A stretch of DNA of 64,000 bases from Lingula anatina (taxonomy: Eukaryota > Animalia > Brachiopoda), in contig CM120644.1 in NCBI GenBank assembly GCA_051362555.1, forward strand, positions 5,030,954 through 5,094,953. The letters run 5' to 3'. Below the pieces are notes generated by a model that was given only the letters and a program-made list of their open reading frames with translations, was not told the origin of the DNA and ran no database searches. Each line of letters starts with the position of its first letter. The first letter of the stretch is position 1. This document shows, piece after piece, positions 25,801-39,500 of the stretch. The translations under genes were made by a program, and so were the position numbers.

Positions 25801-27409
25801 GCTCAAAAAAACCATCGCAAAATATATCCTCTTCCAATGTCCTTAGGATGCAAGATGAGGATCTGCAGTTTACGAAAGCAGGAGGTAATTTCCCATCACA
25901 GTATACAACAAGCCCCCAAGGTTCACCGCCGTTCTTGACACCATTACAAATTGCACAATATTTGTTTCTAAAGGTGATCATTGTGTCTGGGTCGATGACT
26001 GGCTGGTGCAAGAGCACATCCTCTGAGAGGCTGGTATCTGAAGCATCGGAGCACTTGTTAGCAATTTTTTCTTGTGGCCACGACGGAGGGCATTGGTCCA
26101 CCATCCAATATTTCAGTCCATTATCGTCACTAATATATGAAATCCGTGGTTGCTGTTTTTGCAGTTTTGGAATATACCTGCAGGAGCTTCTGTGTGCAAG
26201 AGATATCGCCACGGGGTCAAATTGTTCTATATTTCCTTTCCAAGTGGATGTTTTGTTTTGGGACGCAATCAAAGAGGTGCTATTCCCTTGGTTTTCTGTC
26301 ATGTTTGATACAAGGATTGTTTTAAGAGCCGTAAAACTGTTCAGCGTTTTTATTGTGGTAGAGGCTGCGCAAACGTCGGCGTTTTCCGTCATTCCGTAAC
26401 AGCAGTCACCGTATAAAACACACAGGGAGTCACAGTTGCAGTGGATCTTAAGACTGAGTGGGCGACTGCCAGCCCACGCACAGAGCCATTGATGCGGCCT
26501 CACCGTTTCCTCAGTTTCTTTTAACATGGATCCCTCACCAAAAGTATCCACTTGACTGGGCGACTCAGTTCTAATCTCATTATTGGGCGACTTTTGTTTG
26601 GTTCCTGCCTGCATTCCACTCTCAGTATTGGGCGACTCTTGTGTGGTTCCTGCCTGCATTCCACCCTCAGTATTGGGCGACTCTTGTGTGGTTCCTGCCT
26701 GCATTCCACCCTCAGTATTGGACGACTTTTGTGTGGTTCCTGCCTGCATTCCACCCTCAGTATTGGGCGACTCTTGTGTGGTTCCTGCCTGCATTCCACT
26801 CTCAGTAATGGCCGACTCTTGTGTGGTTCCTGCCTGCATTCCACTCTCAGTAATGGCCGACTCTTGTGTGGTTCCTGCCTGCATTCCACTCTCAGTATTG
26901 GCCGACTTTTGTGTGGTTCCTGCCTGCATTCCACTCTCAGTATTGGTCGACTTTTGTTTGGTTCCTGCCTGCATTCCACTCTCAGAATTGGCCGACTCTT
27001 GTGTGGTTCCTGCCTGCATTCCACTCTCAGTATTGGCCGACTTTTGTTTGGTTCCTGCCTGCATTCCACTCTCAGTATTGGCCGACTCTTGTGTGGTTCC
27101 TGCCTGCATTCCACTCTCAGTATTGGCCGACTTTTGTGTGGTTCCTGCCTGCATTCCACCCTCAGTATTGGGCGACTCTTGTGTAGTTCTTGTCTGCATT
27201 CCACTCGCAGTATTGGGCGAGTCTTGTGTGGTTGTGGCCCCCATTTTTTCGTCAATATAAAATGACTCTTGCGTAATTTCCTCGGGTGTCATGTTCTCTA
27301 GATTCGATGCCTTTTTGCTGAATCTGTCATATTGGCGGGAAGAAAAGAGCATGATATCTTTCCTTTGAACAAATAACAGCACGCATAAAGTAAGATGTAT
27401 TATCAACAT
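22860..27409 (-). CDS. SMB-like/Cys-rich mucin-stalk surface protein, copy 2 (~844 aa)
   Basis: Exons 27409-25561 (ATG MLIIHLTLCVLLFV; HCNCDSLCVLYGDCC), 24673-24564, 23435-22860 (ends ELVMSIVMIAMVFAF*). Exon 2 (110 nt) and exon 3 (576 nt) have the same lengths as in copy 1. Confidence 0.87.
26580..27235 (-). repeat. Coding 45-bp minisatellite (~14-15 units)
   Basis: Same unit as in copy 1; highly homogeneous and frame-preserving. Confidence 0.95.
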
Positions 27410-30400
27410 GTTTCTAAAACGAACTCTTCGTGCAGTAATACGAATGTAAGTTGCGCACCTCAATGTTCGCTGATGTACCGCTCACGTTTTTCTTGACAGT
27501 GTCTTATTATATAGCTGCTGACCAACAGAAGAAGAACTCAATTAATTTACACCATAACATATATGGACAGATATAGACGACTGCATATACTGATAAAAGT
27601 AACCCCATTGGACTATTCCAGATCCCCAGACGCCCCCCCCCCCCCATCATACTGTAAATTTTTATTTATTTTATAATAAATATCTATTTTTAACATATTG
27701 AGAGTGAACATTTATACCTGCCTGAAATCAAAGTGTACCCCCATATAGAGGCAGGTGAGGTTAACAGGTAATGTCACTCATCCAGGTATCTGTTTGAGGA
27801 ATTAACCATCACTCTGAATAGTTTCACCCCCTCCCCCCGCCCCCTTTATCAAGATGACTGCATTTAATCAAAGTACATCCCTGGGAAGAGTTTTGGTTAA
27901 CAGATAACCTCACTCATACAGGTATCTCTTTGATTAACTTTTGATACTAGTTTTCTTTTTGATCTTTCATTGTTTTTATATATTATTCAGGGAGGTCCCT
28001 AACAATCAAATATAATACAGATAAATGGGAAAAAGGTATTTGTTTGCTTTAGAAAAATTGATTCAACGGCAGTATTTGTTTGATTAAAAAATGCAAATTT
28101 TGTGTGTATAGCAAATTTTGTGTGTATAGCATCTTACGACCTTACCGTGGGTTACCCGTCAGGTCTGAGTAAAAAATGTAAGTGGGCCTCTATCCTATAT
28201 TTTCAATTGATATCCAATACTTCTGCTGTCAGTGTTCTGCTGTGATATAAATATAGCCATTAAATAATCAAGTAATATATAATTGCTTCAAAAAGATTAT
28301 TCAAAATGTGTAGTTTCTTTCCATGGGGGGGGGGGGGGGGGGGGGGGGAGGGGGCATTGTATGACGTGTCCGGGGCTAATTGTCGGGGGGCGGAGATGGG
28401 GGGGGGGGTTATTGTCCTAGAGTTATGTGAACATAACTAATAAACTAACTCATAAATGATATTTAGGGTGAGATATTAAATACATGTATATAGACATCGC
28501 ATAATCTAAACAAAGAGAATGTATAAATTACGGAGCTGATGCAGTTTCAGGTGCACTACCAAGAAAGTGTTTATTCATTCATGCATTGACATGATGAACA
28601 ACTGCTTCGAGACTATTAACTGACTAGGAAATTATCAAATTCACACTTTTTCATCACGGTTACAAAAGAAAATGTACATGTAACATTCAGTATCTACAAA
28701 GACGTTTAAATTTACCCAAACAATAAAATGTGGTGCAACAAAAATATATGCACACTGAATAAAGAAAATGGTTGTGCATGTCTTCAAAAAGCACTAAAAC
28801 CAGACAAATTAAAAAAAAGCTAAGCTAAAAACAACATAAAAACATCAAAGCTTCAAATAGACAAACGAGACAAAAATTTAAGAAGACCCAGAAGACGGCA
28901 TCCGTCTGCCCCTGAACCAGAGGGTGCATTGCCATTTCATGGGGATGAAAATTCGAAAAACGCCCTTTATCTCACCTCGCCTCCTAAAACTCATGTGCTA
29001 CACAATTAGCAACTTTGTTGACCGACATTCCCAAGTGGACACATAGTACCTGCAAGGTACCTTGACTATGGAAAACTGCAAAAAATACATACATACCAAT
29101 ATCGAACTCCATTTATCCTTGGACGGTGGGAGACAGGTGGCTCTTACGCCAATGCCGATGGGAGTATCGGAGAAGCTTGGAATAACATATAGCCAGAACA
29201 GTGTAAATGCTCTAAATTCTTATCAGCGTGCTTACCATACCTGCAGGTTTTAAAAAATGACATTGAACACTGACATTATAAAAATAGTAATCAAAACGAT
29301 AAAGTCTTGTTATATACTGCAGTCCACCATGCCTCAGTGCGGATAACAAAAATCACAACATTTTTACCCGATTTCAGACATACTGCAGACGTCCTCAGAT
29401 CCCCGGGAAGGATGTAATATTATTCATGCATTAATAATAAATACCTCTCGTGGCCGACATGGTTATAAAGGATTAATTTTCTGCGAAATAATTATCACAA
29501 ACTTTCAAAAGTGCCAAAAAGAGACAAAGCCTGCGTTATCAAATTATTCAGAAAACGTGATTTCCCGGTGGACTGGGAGTATTACGTAACTTGACTATTC
29601 AGTGAGACAGTAGTCTATACGCTCAATGAATCTCGCGCAAAATATTTCATTTCCAACTTTTGATGTAGTGTAACATTAGATAGCATACTTAGGAAAAGTG
29701 TTAAATGGATAGAATGCCACTATCAAAGCGACTAAAGTAAAAGTGACCGCGCGATTTTCTACAAGGTACATGTACATACGTGACTTTTGCTTTTGCCAAT
29801 GAAATCCTTGCTTTCTTAACTTTTTCCTCGTGTTGAGGAATGCACCCTTCAGGATTCCTGGGCGGTGCCTTTATCCAAGTTTTATTTTCTCAAAACTGGA
29901 ATGCTTTACTACTGTTTCATCTGTTCAGAAGGCGGAGCTCAAACCTCGTGCTAAGACGACAATGGAAAGGCGACGAAACTGTCAAATATTCTGACGGCGG
30001 TGACGTAGGTTACTTTGAATGGCGCAGAACGTGTAGATAATAAACAAACAAACAGAAAATAATTTCTGCGATACCATTTGGTTTTTTATTTCTGGCATGT
30101 ACTAAAGATTTACGCTGATTAACATATCGATGACGGGCATGGATGGCAATGCTGCTCTTGGTACCTAATGAAGTGCCTGGAACCTTTTTTGACCGTATCT
30201 AAGGTGTCCTAATTGGGTATATAAAGCCACTGGGCCAGAGATTAACTCCAAAGAATATCACCAAAATCCTTTGAGATATAATGCACGGTTCGTTGAAAAT
30301 TGACATAATATCACGTTATTAGCGATAAAATCTCATTATATTGTTGTAGAATCGGTCGAACTGCTTATGGTACTTACGCAGAATTTCTTTTTGTAGGAGA

Positions 30401-33400
30401 ATTTCTCTGGTGCGTGCCCAGATAAAAAAGATTATCTTCATAATGGCCCCATCCAGAATAGGGGACTATAACTAGTCCGAGGGTGAAATAAGGCGACCCA
30501 CTACAAACCTTGCCGTCTAATTCGCTAATAGCCACTGAATAATTATCCCGTATTCAAGTGGGTCGGCCATATTTGATACTGAGTATTAAAATAAGTAACC
30601 AAAATGTATCGAGGGCTTTTTCTGTCCATGGTCCATTTCCGTCAGCAGTGTTACACATTTGAAATTATCTTAAAATTTTTTAAACCAACAGTCATATCCT
30701 TCTTTTTTCTTTGCGTGTAACATCTTCATGTAACTTAATATATATCTTCATATAATTTAGCATTTAATATGAAAACGTTATCAAAAGGTGTATTTAAAGA
30801 GAGTAAACAGCTAAAAGGTTCTAAAAATCTGAAAAGTTCTGTACGTCATGCCACCTGAACATTAATTCACTTGCTTAATTAAAAAAAAGACATCGTGCTG
30901 ATAAACGGAGTTCGCCTAGATCTAAGGTACCTGTACAGTATTAAGACTATAAAAATGTTTGTGTTATTATAAAGTTGAAAATTACTTTATTATAGATGAT
31001 AATGATGAAAGAAGTGTTGGGGTTACATGCTCCTAGTACACGTACAGGAAGGAGATATTTCACCACCCCTTAATTCCATATGTCGCATTTAAGGGCGAAG
31101 CATGCATGACGTATGCACTGAACACAAAAGGTTCAGCAATTTTAGAAAGTATCATGATTTGTATATTCACACTGTACTATGTGACTATTTCCAATAGCTT
31201 TTACTGTAACATACCTTTTTAATCAAATACTTGTTGAAAAGTACAGTTGAAGAGTGCGAATAATTATTTTTTCCATAATATCTGGTATTTCAGGAATAAA
31301 ATGATTCTCAATTTTTAAATGAAATGTGATCAAATATAAACCACAAAAACATAAAAATGAGATTACTATTGCTCATATGTTTAATCAATACAAGTGAATT
31401 TTTACTAATAAAATAGGCATGTCTGCCCAAGCCTTATCCCCTTAAAAAGTTTGAAATATACTTATAATCAATTTCGAAGATAAATTTCTTATCTTTAAGT
31501 CCTGTTGAGCAAAATAAAAATAGTATAATAATCTGTTACCTATATGAAATTTTGGATTCTAAAAAAAGATTATCTTTGAAATGGCCCATGTGTGATTTTT
31601 GTGTGTCAGAGAGCATAATGCCCCTGTTTACACGACACGTGTTTCCACTTAGAATAACTCTTTTACTTTGAGGATATTTCATGCATTAAGTAGTTTATTT
31701 CCATCATATTTGTAAAGCTATTCTTTTCCATTGAAAGCCGCATTTTACAATAGATGCAAAAGAAAAGAAAATTCAAGCAGTCAGTCCTTTGAATTAAACC
31801 GCAGGATTATTTTTTGGAGGTTGAACAGTAGGATTATTGTTTGGAGGTTGCTTATGTCAATCACTACAACCCTATGATAGATAGCATCGTCAACATATTT
31901 ACCTGGTAAACATAGACCTCACCTGAACAAAGAGGCGATTCCGAAATATTCCTGCGTCAGCGTGGTCTCTCAGTTAGATAACGTTACCGTTAATTGTTCT
32001 CCAGCGTCGCGGTCACCAGTGTTTCTATTGATAGATTCTTGGAGATCCCCAGTCACAGAACAAATGTCGCACTGCCAACTTTCCAGTTACCAGTATGCAC
32101 GCTGTCAGCTCCCATCACCAGCTTTTCTACCTACTAGCCTTTCAATCAACCACTTGTCTCCTCCCTGATAAACTTCGAAAGTTTCCACTTACGCGAACGG
32201 GACAATTCTTCTGGGAATGTTTGCGCAATGCGGCTGTTTTACACCGGATGAAGATTCAGAAAGACGGTAATGATGTGTTTTTTTTAAGTTAATAAGTAAA
32301 TAGGTAAATAGTCTTACTCATTGTGATTGTTTAATAGAATATTCACAAAAATTGTATTCACATTGTCATTTTCATCCACACAAGTGGATGCATATGTTAC
32401 AGTGTAATAAACTATTAAATCAAATACATTGCTTATAGTCCGGTGGCTTAAGGAAAAAATCGTGACACGGCGGATAAAAGCACCAAATTTGGCATGTAGT
32501 TACCTTTTGACATTCTAAATCAAATTAGAGCCGTAGCCCTTTCAAAAGATTTACCGTTTGGTCAAAAAATTCCAAAATGGCCGCCAATTTATGGAATTCT
32601 ATAGAAATATGTACATACCTATGTTGATTTTTATCAAATAAAATTATTTTCTCAGAGTTTGCCACACCCTTATTACCCATTTTATTCATATATGTCAGAT
32701 AGCAAACAAGTTCCCTTGGACTTTTTGAAAAAATCCAAGATGGCTGTCATATGGCATAGAAACAGCCGTAGGAATACTAGTGCACAACTAATACCAGCTA
32801 TAAAGGTACGATTTCCACTATCAAATAAAGCCTGTTTCTCAGATTTTTGTTACCCACATAACATGTTTGTGGTGAGTAACTACAAAGTGTTCTTGGGCAT
32901 TTTGGAAAATTCAAGATGGCTGCCATGTGCCACAGGAATTCTAGTATACGGCCAATTCAACTAATGGCAACTGGAAAGATTAATTTTCCACTATCAAATT
33001 GTTTGTTTCTGAGTGTTTTCCACATCCTTTCCACCCACACAATATGTATGTGGTGAGTAACAAACAATTATTCTTGGGCATTTTTAGAAAATCCAAGATG
33101 GCCGCCATATGTCACAGGAAAACTTCTAGTATTACAAAGGGTTGGAACTAATGCCAGCTAGGAAAAACATAATTCACTATCAAATTCAATTTATTTTTTC
33201 AGTGTATTACACATTATTATTACACTGTGATACATATCTAGCAGGTAATAAATGTGCATATTTGATCATTTTGAGAAAATCCAAGATGGCCGTCATTGGC
33301 CATAGGAATACTACTGGAATTACAACTGCACATCCATGGCTTTTCATCCACTACCAGGGTGAAATTGTGTTTGCTTATCAAGTTTTGCCCATCCTTATTA

Positions 33401-33538
33401 GTCCTATGATATATATCTGGTGGGTAAATAGTGTGCATCCTTGGATATGGAATGGAACAGTTCAGACATTGATTCCAACATGAAATAAAGCTGTTTGATG
33501 TTTAAACATGTTGACATCCATTACTCTATATAAATCTG

Positions 33539-34488
33539 GGCCCGGTTTCATCAAGGCTGGATAGTGCTATCCTATGGATAAAAATGGCCGCTATCCTCTG
33601 GATAGAGCTATCCAGAGGAAAGTGCGTTTCATCAACAGTGGATAGCGCTATCCAGGGGATAAATCAGCTTATCCAGAGGATAAAGTTGTCCGCTCGAAAT
33701 AGGTGGGATAAATCTGCTATCATGCTGTTAAATCATCAAAAATGACGAACCTGCTTGCTTTAGGAGTAAATCTTATGAGGATTCACAGGCGTAGAATGAT
33801 TAGAAAGAGAATTTTAGAAGATGTGTTTGCTTTTGATGCTTTAAGTGATACTGAATCAATAGATTACATAACAGCCTTTATCAAAGTTGACATCGTGCCT
33901 GCTACGAACAGAACCCATGCAATCTCCGTGAGAGACCAATTATCTTTTATTTTACTTAAACATACCTTTCAAATCGACGAAAAAATTCTACACTGCTTTT
34001 GACAGAATCTGCCAAACGTGCCAAGTCAGCCATTTTGTTAGTAAGTATGTCACGACCTTGCCCTTCAACTGCACATTGTAAACATTGCATGAGGCACAAC
34101 TAATGCAATGTGATGTGTTTTTGACACTGACACTAAAATATCCTGTAGATATTTTCCCCATTATTTTAATGAATGTACCATCTTGAAATATACTTAGAAT
34201 ATTGTTTATTATGGGTAATTTATTTTCCAAATATGGTAAAGATCACTTTTTTGTTAGCAACTATCATGGCTTTTATAATGTTTATAGCAACCAACTGCAT
34301 TATGGGAATGTCTTTTTCCAAATATGGTATTGGATATATTTTAACCACTGGATTACTATCATGCTGTTTATCCAGCCTTTGTGAAACACAAATTTATACA
34401 GAGGATAACTATACAGAGGATAAGAGATTTATACCATGGATAGTGTTATCCACAGGATAACCTATCCAGCCTTGATGAAACCGCGACC
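33539..34488 (+). mobile_element. PIF/Harbinger deletion derivative nested in the foldback element
   Basis: TIRs GGCCCGGTTTCATCAAGGCTGGATAG ... CTATCCAGCCTTGATGAAACCGCGACC; 3-bp TSD CTG on both sides; subterminal GGATA/TATCC repeats; residual ORF 33742-34002 (DIVPATNRTHAISVRDQL) resembles the Harbinger/HARBI1 transposase N-terminus. Confidence 0.85.
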
Positions 34489-34844
34489 CTGGTGTGTAGC
34501 AAGTGTGCCTCTTGCGTATTTTTAGAAAATTCAAGATTGCTGCAATTCATAATAGGAATAGTATACAGTCTACTACTGCCAGAGAGGCAGTGGGTTCAAT
34601 ATAAAATGAATTTTGATTCTTGGTATTTCCCACATTTTTTTTGGACTTTGAGATATCTATCTGGTGGGTAACAAGTGTGTACCCTTAAGTATTTTGACAA
34701 AATGTCATGTTTTCCCTCATTTGCCTTAGAAGTGCCTATAAAATCCAATGCACCAGTTTTCCTATGGGGAAAAGAAGGCCATCTTGGATTTCCACAAAAT
34801 GATCAAATATGGACATTAATTACCTAACAGATATGTATCATGGG

Positions 34845-34896
<52 letters not shown>
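34845..34896. repeat. (TAA)n microsatellite
   Basis: Direct reading. Other microsatellites: (AT)n ~6628-6674 and ~15163-15226; (GT)n(GA)n ~46438-46500 and ~46542-46592; (GA)n ~52301-52333. Confidence 0.95.
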
Positions 34897-34898
<2 letters not shown>

Positions 34899-36169
34899 GA
34901 AAAACAACTGAATTTAGCTTCATTTTATATGGAAGCCTATCTCATGCAGGTATTAACTGAACCCCACCTTCTATGGCTAATGGAAGCCATTTTGTTTTGT
35001 TTTGTTTTCAAAAAGGATACACATAAAATTCTCATCACATAAATATTTTGTAGATTAAAAAGATGTGGAAAATAATAAAAAAAAAACAACCTAATTTATC
35101 ATTTAATATTATATCTCCATGGCAGAAGAATCCCTATGTTTCTAGTAGTTTTCCTTTGATATGGTGGCCATCTTGGATTTTTCTCGAAATGCCTGAGAAT
35201 AAAGGTTAGTTACTCACCACAAATATATTATTTGTGTAATAAGGCACTCAGAAACAAAATTATATAGATAGTGGGCAATGCATCTTCCTAGTTGGCATTA
35301 GTTGAAAACCCTTGTACATGTACATGTTCTAGTATTCCTATGCCATACGGCGGCCATCTTGGATTTTTCAAAAAGTCCAAGGACACTCATTTGTTATCTG
35401 ACATATATGCATAATGTGGGTAAAAAGGATGTGGAAAACATTGAGAAAATACTTTATTTGATAAAAAATTAATATAGGTATGTATATATTTCTACAGAAT
35501 TTCACAAATTGGCGGCCATTTTGGATTTTTTATTATATGTATATGAGAGAAGCAATAAAACCCTTTTGAAAAAAAAAATGAACTCGACTAAATGAAACCT
35601 AAGAAACTGATATAAAAACAAGTTAGTATTTTAGGACCAAATTGTTCAATTTTATAATTAAAACCGATTCAGTAGTTCTAAATTTTGAACTCTAAAAAGA
35701 TATATCCAAAAAACTGATTAACTGGCAAAACATCGCATGCAATGATTGTTTGTGTAGGAATGCTTCATTAGAAGTTAACTGCCGTGGAAAGCAGTAATGA
35801 AAACAATAATAAGGTTCACTTGATCTCTTCTTGTTACATAATGTATTAACACTAACGTAACATCACGCGTTTCGCTCCTCAGTTATTCCGATTTTTTTCT
35901 TTAATTGTGCCTTCTCGCGTCACACAAAATTTCAAACTTGCGCACCAAAGGTGTCATTTTAACAAAGTTTGTGGGCCTAACGAAACAACATTCACCGAAA
36001 TACCTTAATTTGAGCCATCTACCAGTATAGCCATATAATTCGTTCAAATTCTAGGACAAATGTGCTCTCTATTAACATGGATTTTCTAAGTAGTTTCGTG
36101 TTAATAAAGCAAACACAAGTGCTTCTTATCACCATACAGATCACGAGTTCCTCGGAAACCAAAGGAATG

Positions 36170-36377
36170 TGAAACAACTCCAGGAAGGACTTGACTACAA
36201 CAACTGACTTTATTTCTCAGTGTGCAGATATAAATACATTGTGTGTCTACTGATCAGAGGGATCACTGTCAAGTGTGTTTATACTACGTACATTAGTGAG
36301 AGTGCTATTTAATGATAATTGATGACAGAGGGTTGGGGTTACTATAAGCTTGACTGATAGTGTTAAGAACCATAACA
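36170..36377 (-). repeat. 3' LTR (208 bp)
   Basis: Minus strand TGTTATGG...GTTTCA; contains TATTTATA and AATAAA; its last 63 bp are identical to 40727-40789. Confidence 0.9.
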
Positions 36378-36594
36378 TCCCCTTCTTCCTTTAGAAAAGA
36401 TAATCGGTGCTAAATCAAGGGTTGATAGTGGCAACACAGAATAAATGTCTTTTTGATTTCTTGAGTAATACCTTGTGCAAGAGAGGTCTCACATGTGAAG
36501 CATGTAGTTTAAGTGAGTAAAATAAAGTAAATACAGTGATAAATAAAATCCTAGCTAGTAGAGCTATATGACATTGTTCATGCATATGTACAAG

Positions 36595-39500
36595 TTACAA
36601 GTTCAGTCTATCAGGTGCTTTTGTTATTCTAGTAGATCGTCGTGGAGATGGCACTGGTGATTGGTGATTTTTACAGTGTTATCCACGGTGTTTGGCACTT
36701 GTTTGTTCTGAGCTGCTTCTGAATTCTCAAAGCGGGGCTCCTGATCATTGTTTGGTGAATGATTTTGCAAATGGGTGTTTTCAAAGTCAGACTGATTGAA
36801 TTTCTCTCCTGTTGGACGTATGTGTATACGATTGCGTACATACTGACCACCATTGTTAGTTTTTACAACATAGCTCCTGTTTGGTCTCGTAGAATCTACA
36901 ATTGCTGGTTCCCATTTGTGACTCTGGGGATGTCGTACTCTCACATGCTGACCAGGAAGTAGGTCAGATAGATTTCTGGCTGACTGATCATATCTGCTCT
37001 TTTCTTTATCCTTTTTTCTTTGCATGTATGCATTTATTTCACCGTCATAAGAGGCATGTGACAGGTGGGTTTGGATGGCAGGAAGATTGGTATCATAAGC
37101 ACGAGAATTTAAGAGTTCTGCTGGCGATGGTATGTTGTGATCTAATGGTGTGCATCTAAGGCACAACATGGCCATATGAGGATCGGTTTTAGCTTCTTTG
37201 CATTTAATCAGCAGATTTTTAACAGTTTGAACAGCTCGTTCAATAAATCCATTGGCCTGTGAATAGTGGGGGCTTGTTTGGACGTGCTCGAAGCCATAAT
37301 CGTGGCTAAATTTCTGGAATTCAGCCGAAGTAAACTGAGTGTCATTTCCAGTGATAAGCTTTCTCGGGATTCCGAATTCTTCAAAGATTGATTTCATGTG
37401 AGCAATGGTAGTGTTGGACTGCAAATTGTTCAGCTTTCTGACTACTGGAAATTTGCTGTAATAGTCAGATATGAGCAAGTAACTGTCATTGTCAATGAAA
37501 AATAAGTCTGCTCCCAGTGTGTGCCATGGTTTTTGTGGTACGTCGTGTGGCATTAGCGGTTGTTTGACGTTTGCCTTCTGGTTGTGTTGGCATGGTGCAC
37601 ATGCTTTAACCATGTTTTCGATGTCTCGATTAATGTTGACCCAGAATACAGATCCTTTGGCACGGAGTTTGCACTTTTCAGCTCCTTGATGAGCATAGTG
37701 TAACTGTTCTAACACTGCTGCTTAAAGCGTTGTTGGGATCAGGATTCTAGTTCCTTTTAGAATAAGGCCATCAAATACTGACAATTCATCACGGTAATTC
37801 CAATAGTCGTGGAGGTGCGATGGACACTCTGACCTAGTGTTTGGCCATCCGTTTGTGATGAAGTTTCGAAGAGAGTGAAGCGTCTCGTCCTTGGACGTTT
37901 CTTCTCGGATCTGCTTTAGTCTGGTGGGGCTTGCATTCAGCTGCATGTCGATCTCATGCACTGTGACATCTACACCTTGAATGGTGTCACCTTCGCATTT
38001 TGACAATCTGGAAAGAGCATCAGCGATTGGAATGTTCTTTCCTGGCACATATTTGATTGTTACATCATATTTCTGAATGCGCAACATCATCCTTGCGATT
38101 CTGGGAGGTGCATTGTTCACATGTTTCTGGAATATGGATTGGAGAGGCTTATGATCACTTTCAACAGTGACTTTACGGTCATAAGCGTAGTAATGGAACT
38201 TCTCTAATCCATGTACAACTGCAAGCATTTCACGCTCTATGTTTGAATACCGCGTCTCGGTTTCTGTTAGTAATTTGCTCCTGTATTCGACAGGGCGATT
38301 GTTCTGCATCAAAGTGGCGCCGAGGCCGCGCTGCGACGCGTCAACCTGAATCGTTACAGGTTTGCTACTGTCAAAATATTGCAATGTTTCTGGTGAGGTG
38401 ATGACAGATTTGATTTTCTCTACTGCAGCCTGATGCTCTGGGCTCCAAACGAACTCATTCTTGCTCTTAGTTAAGTCCCACAGTACTGCTGAAATGGAAG
38501 CCAGGTTGGGTATGAACCTGCTGAGGTACTGGGTGAGGCCAAGAAACGTTTGAAGATCGGCGAGGTTGCTGGACGGATCCATGCTGTGGATGGATTCCAC
38601 TTTCTTCGGGTCAGGTTGTAGACCCTCCGAACTGAGTATGTTTCCAAAGAATGGAATTTCGCTGCATCTGATGCGCATTTTATCTGGATTGAAACGGATG
38701 CCTATTTTTTCTGGCACGATCCATGAGGAGATGCAAATTCCTGTCGTGCTCCTCTTTGGTTTTCCTATGGACAACAATGTCGTCAATGATTCCTGTAATT
38801 CCGTCTAGGTCTCCGAAGGCTTCATCTACCTTTTTCTGGAAAACATCTTGGGCGCATACAAGGTCAAATGGAAGTCGTAGGAAACGGTATCGACCGTGAG
38901 GTGAATTGAAAGTGGTGTACAGTGAACTCTCATGGTCAAGTTTAATGTTCCAGTAACCACTGCGAGCATCCAGAATTGAAAAATAGCGGGCTCCGCTAAG
39001 CCTTGGTAAAATTTCGTCAAAGCTTGGGATTCGATGATGTGGCCTTTTTATCGCGGCATTTATATCTTTTGGGTCTAAGCACAGGCGTATGCTGCCATCA
39101 GCCTTTGTGACACAGACTAACGAATTGACCCAGTCTGTTGGCTCCTCTACTTTAGCGATGATGCCTTTCTTTTCAAGAGACTCGAGCTCCGTTTTGAGAG
39201 GCTCACGTAATGCTTCTGGTACACGGCGTGGTGGATGCACCACTGGTGGCACCGAGGGATCAAGGGTAATGTGGTATTCCCCTTTAAAACAGCCAATGCC
39301 TTGGAAACAGTCGGGGTACTGTTCCAGAAGTGCATTGTTAGCCATGGAGTGCTGTATGTCCTCCAGATCAACAGCATAGTTAAGTGTAACTTAGCCTAGT
39401 TTCTGGCAGGTGTCTATGCCTAGGATAGTCGGCCCATTGGTTTCGACAACGTGAAATTGATGCTCAGTATTTGAACCTCCATACGTCAGTGTCAAGGTGC

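Larger units (their letters stand above)
32440..35530. mobile_element. Large non-autonomous foldback-type DNA element with long imperfect arms; superfamily not assigned
   Basis: 32570-32660 (tccaaaatggccgccaattt...atttttatcaaata) is inverted at 35440-35525. Repeated AAATCCAAGATGGC motifs on the left (~32730, 32908, 33088, 33277) and inverted on the right (~34778, 35167, 35352). Right end appears truncated. Confidence 0.7.

Noticed and set aside
25719-26399. 226-aa plus-strand ORF (also 18087-18416 and 60512-61024)
   Set aside because: Antisense shadows of real coding exons with no recognisable motifs.
26521-27265. Long overlapping ORFs in four other frames (RVECRQEPHKSRPIL, GSCLHSTLSIGRLL, VVPACIPLSVL, WFLPAFHSQYW), also at 18682-19125
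   Set aside because: By-product of a 45-bp repeat lacking stops in most frames; these ORFs start and end with the array.
28325-28410. G-rich tract / G-quadruplex
   Set aside because: Poly-G low-complexity repeat remnant with no functional context evident.
34809-35042. Poly-Ile ORF
   Set aside because: Translation of the (ATA)n microsatellite.
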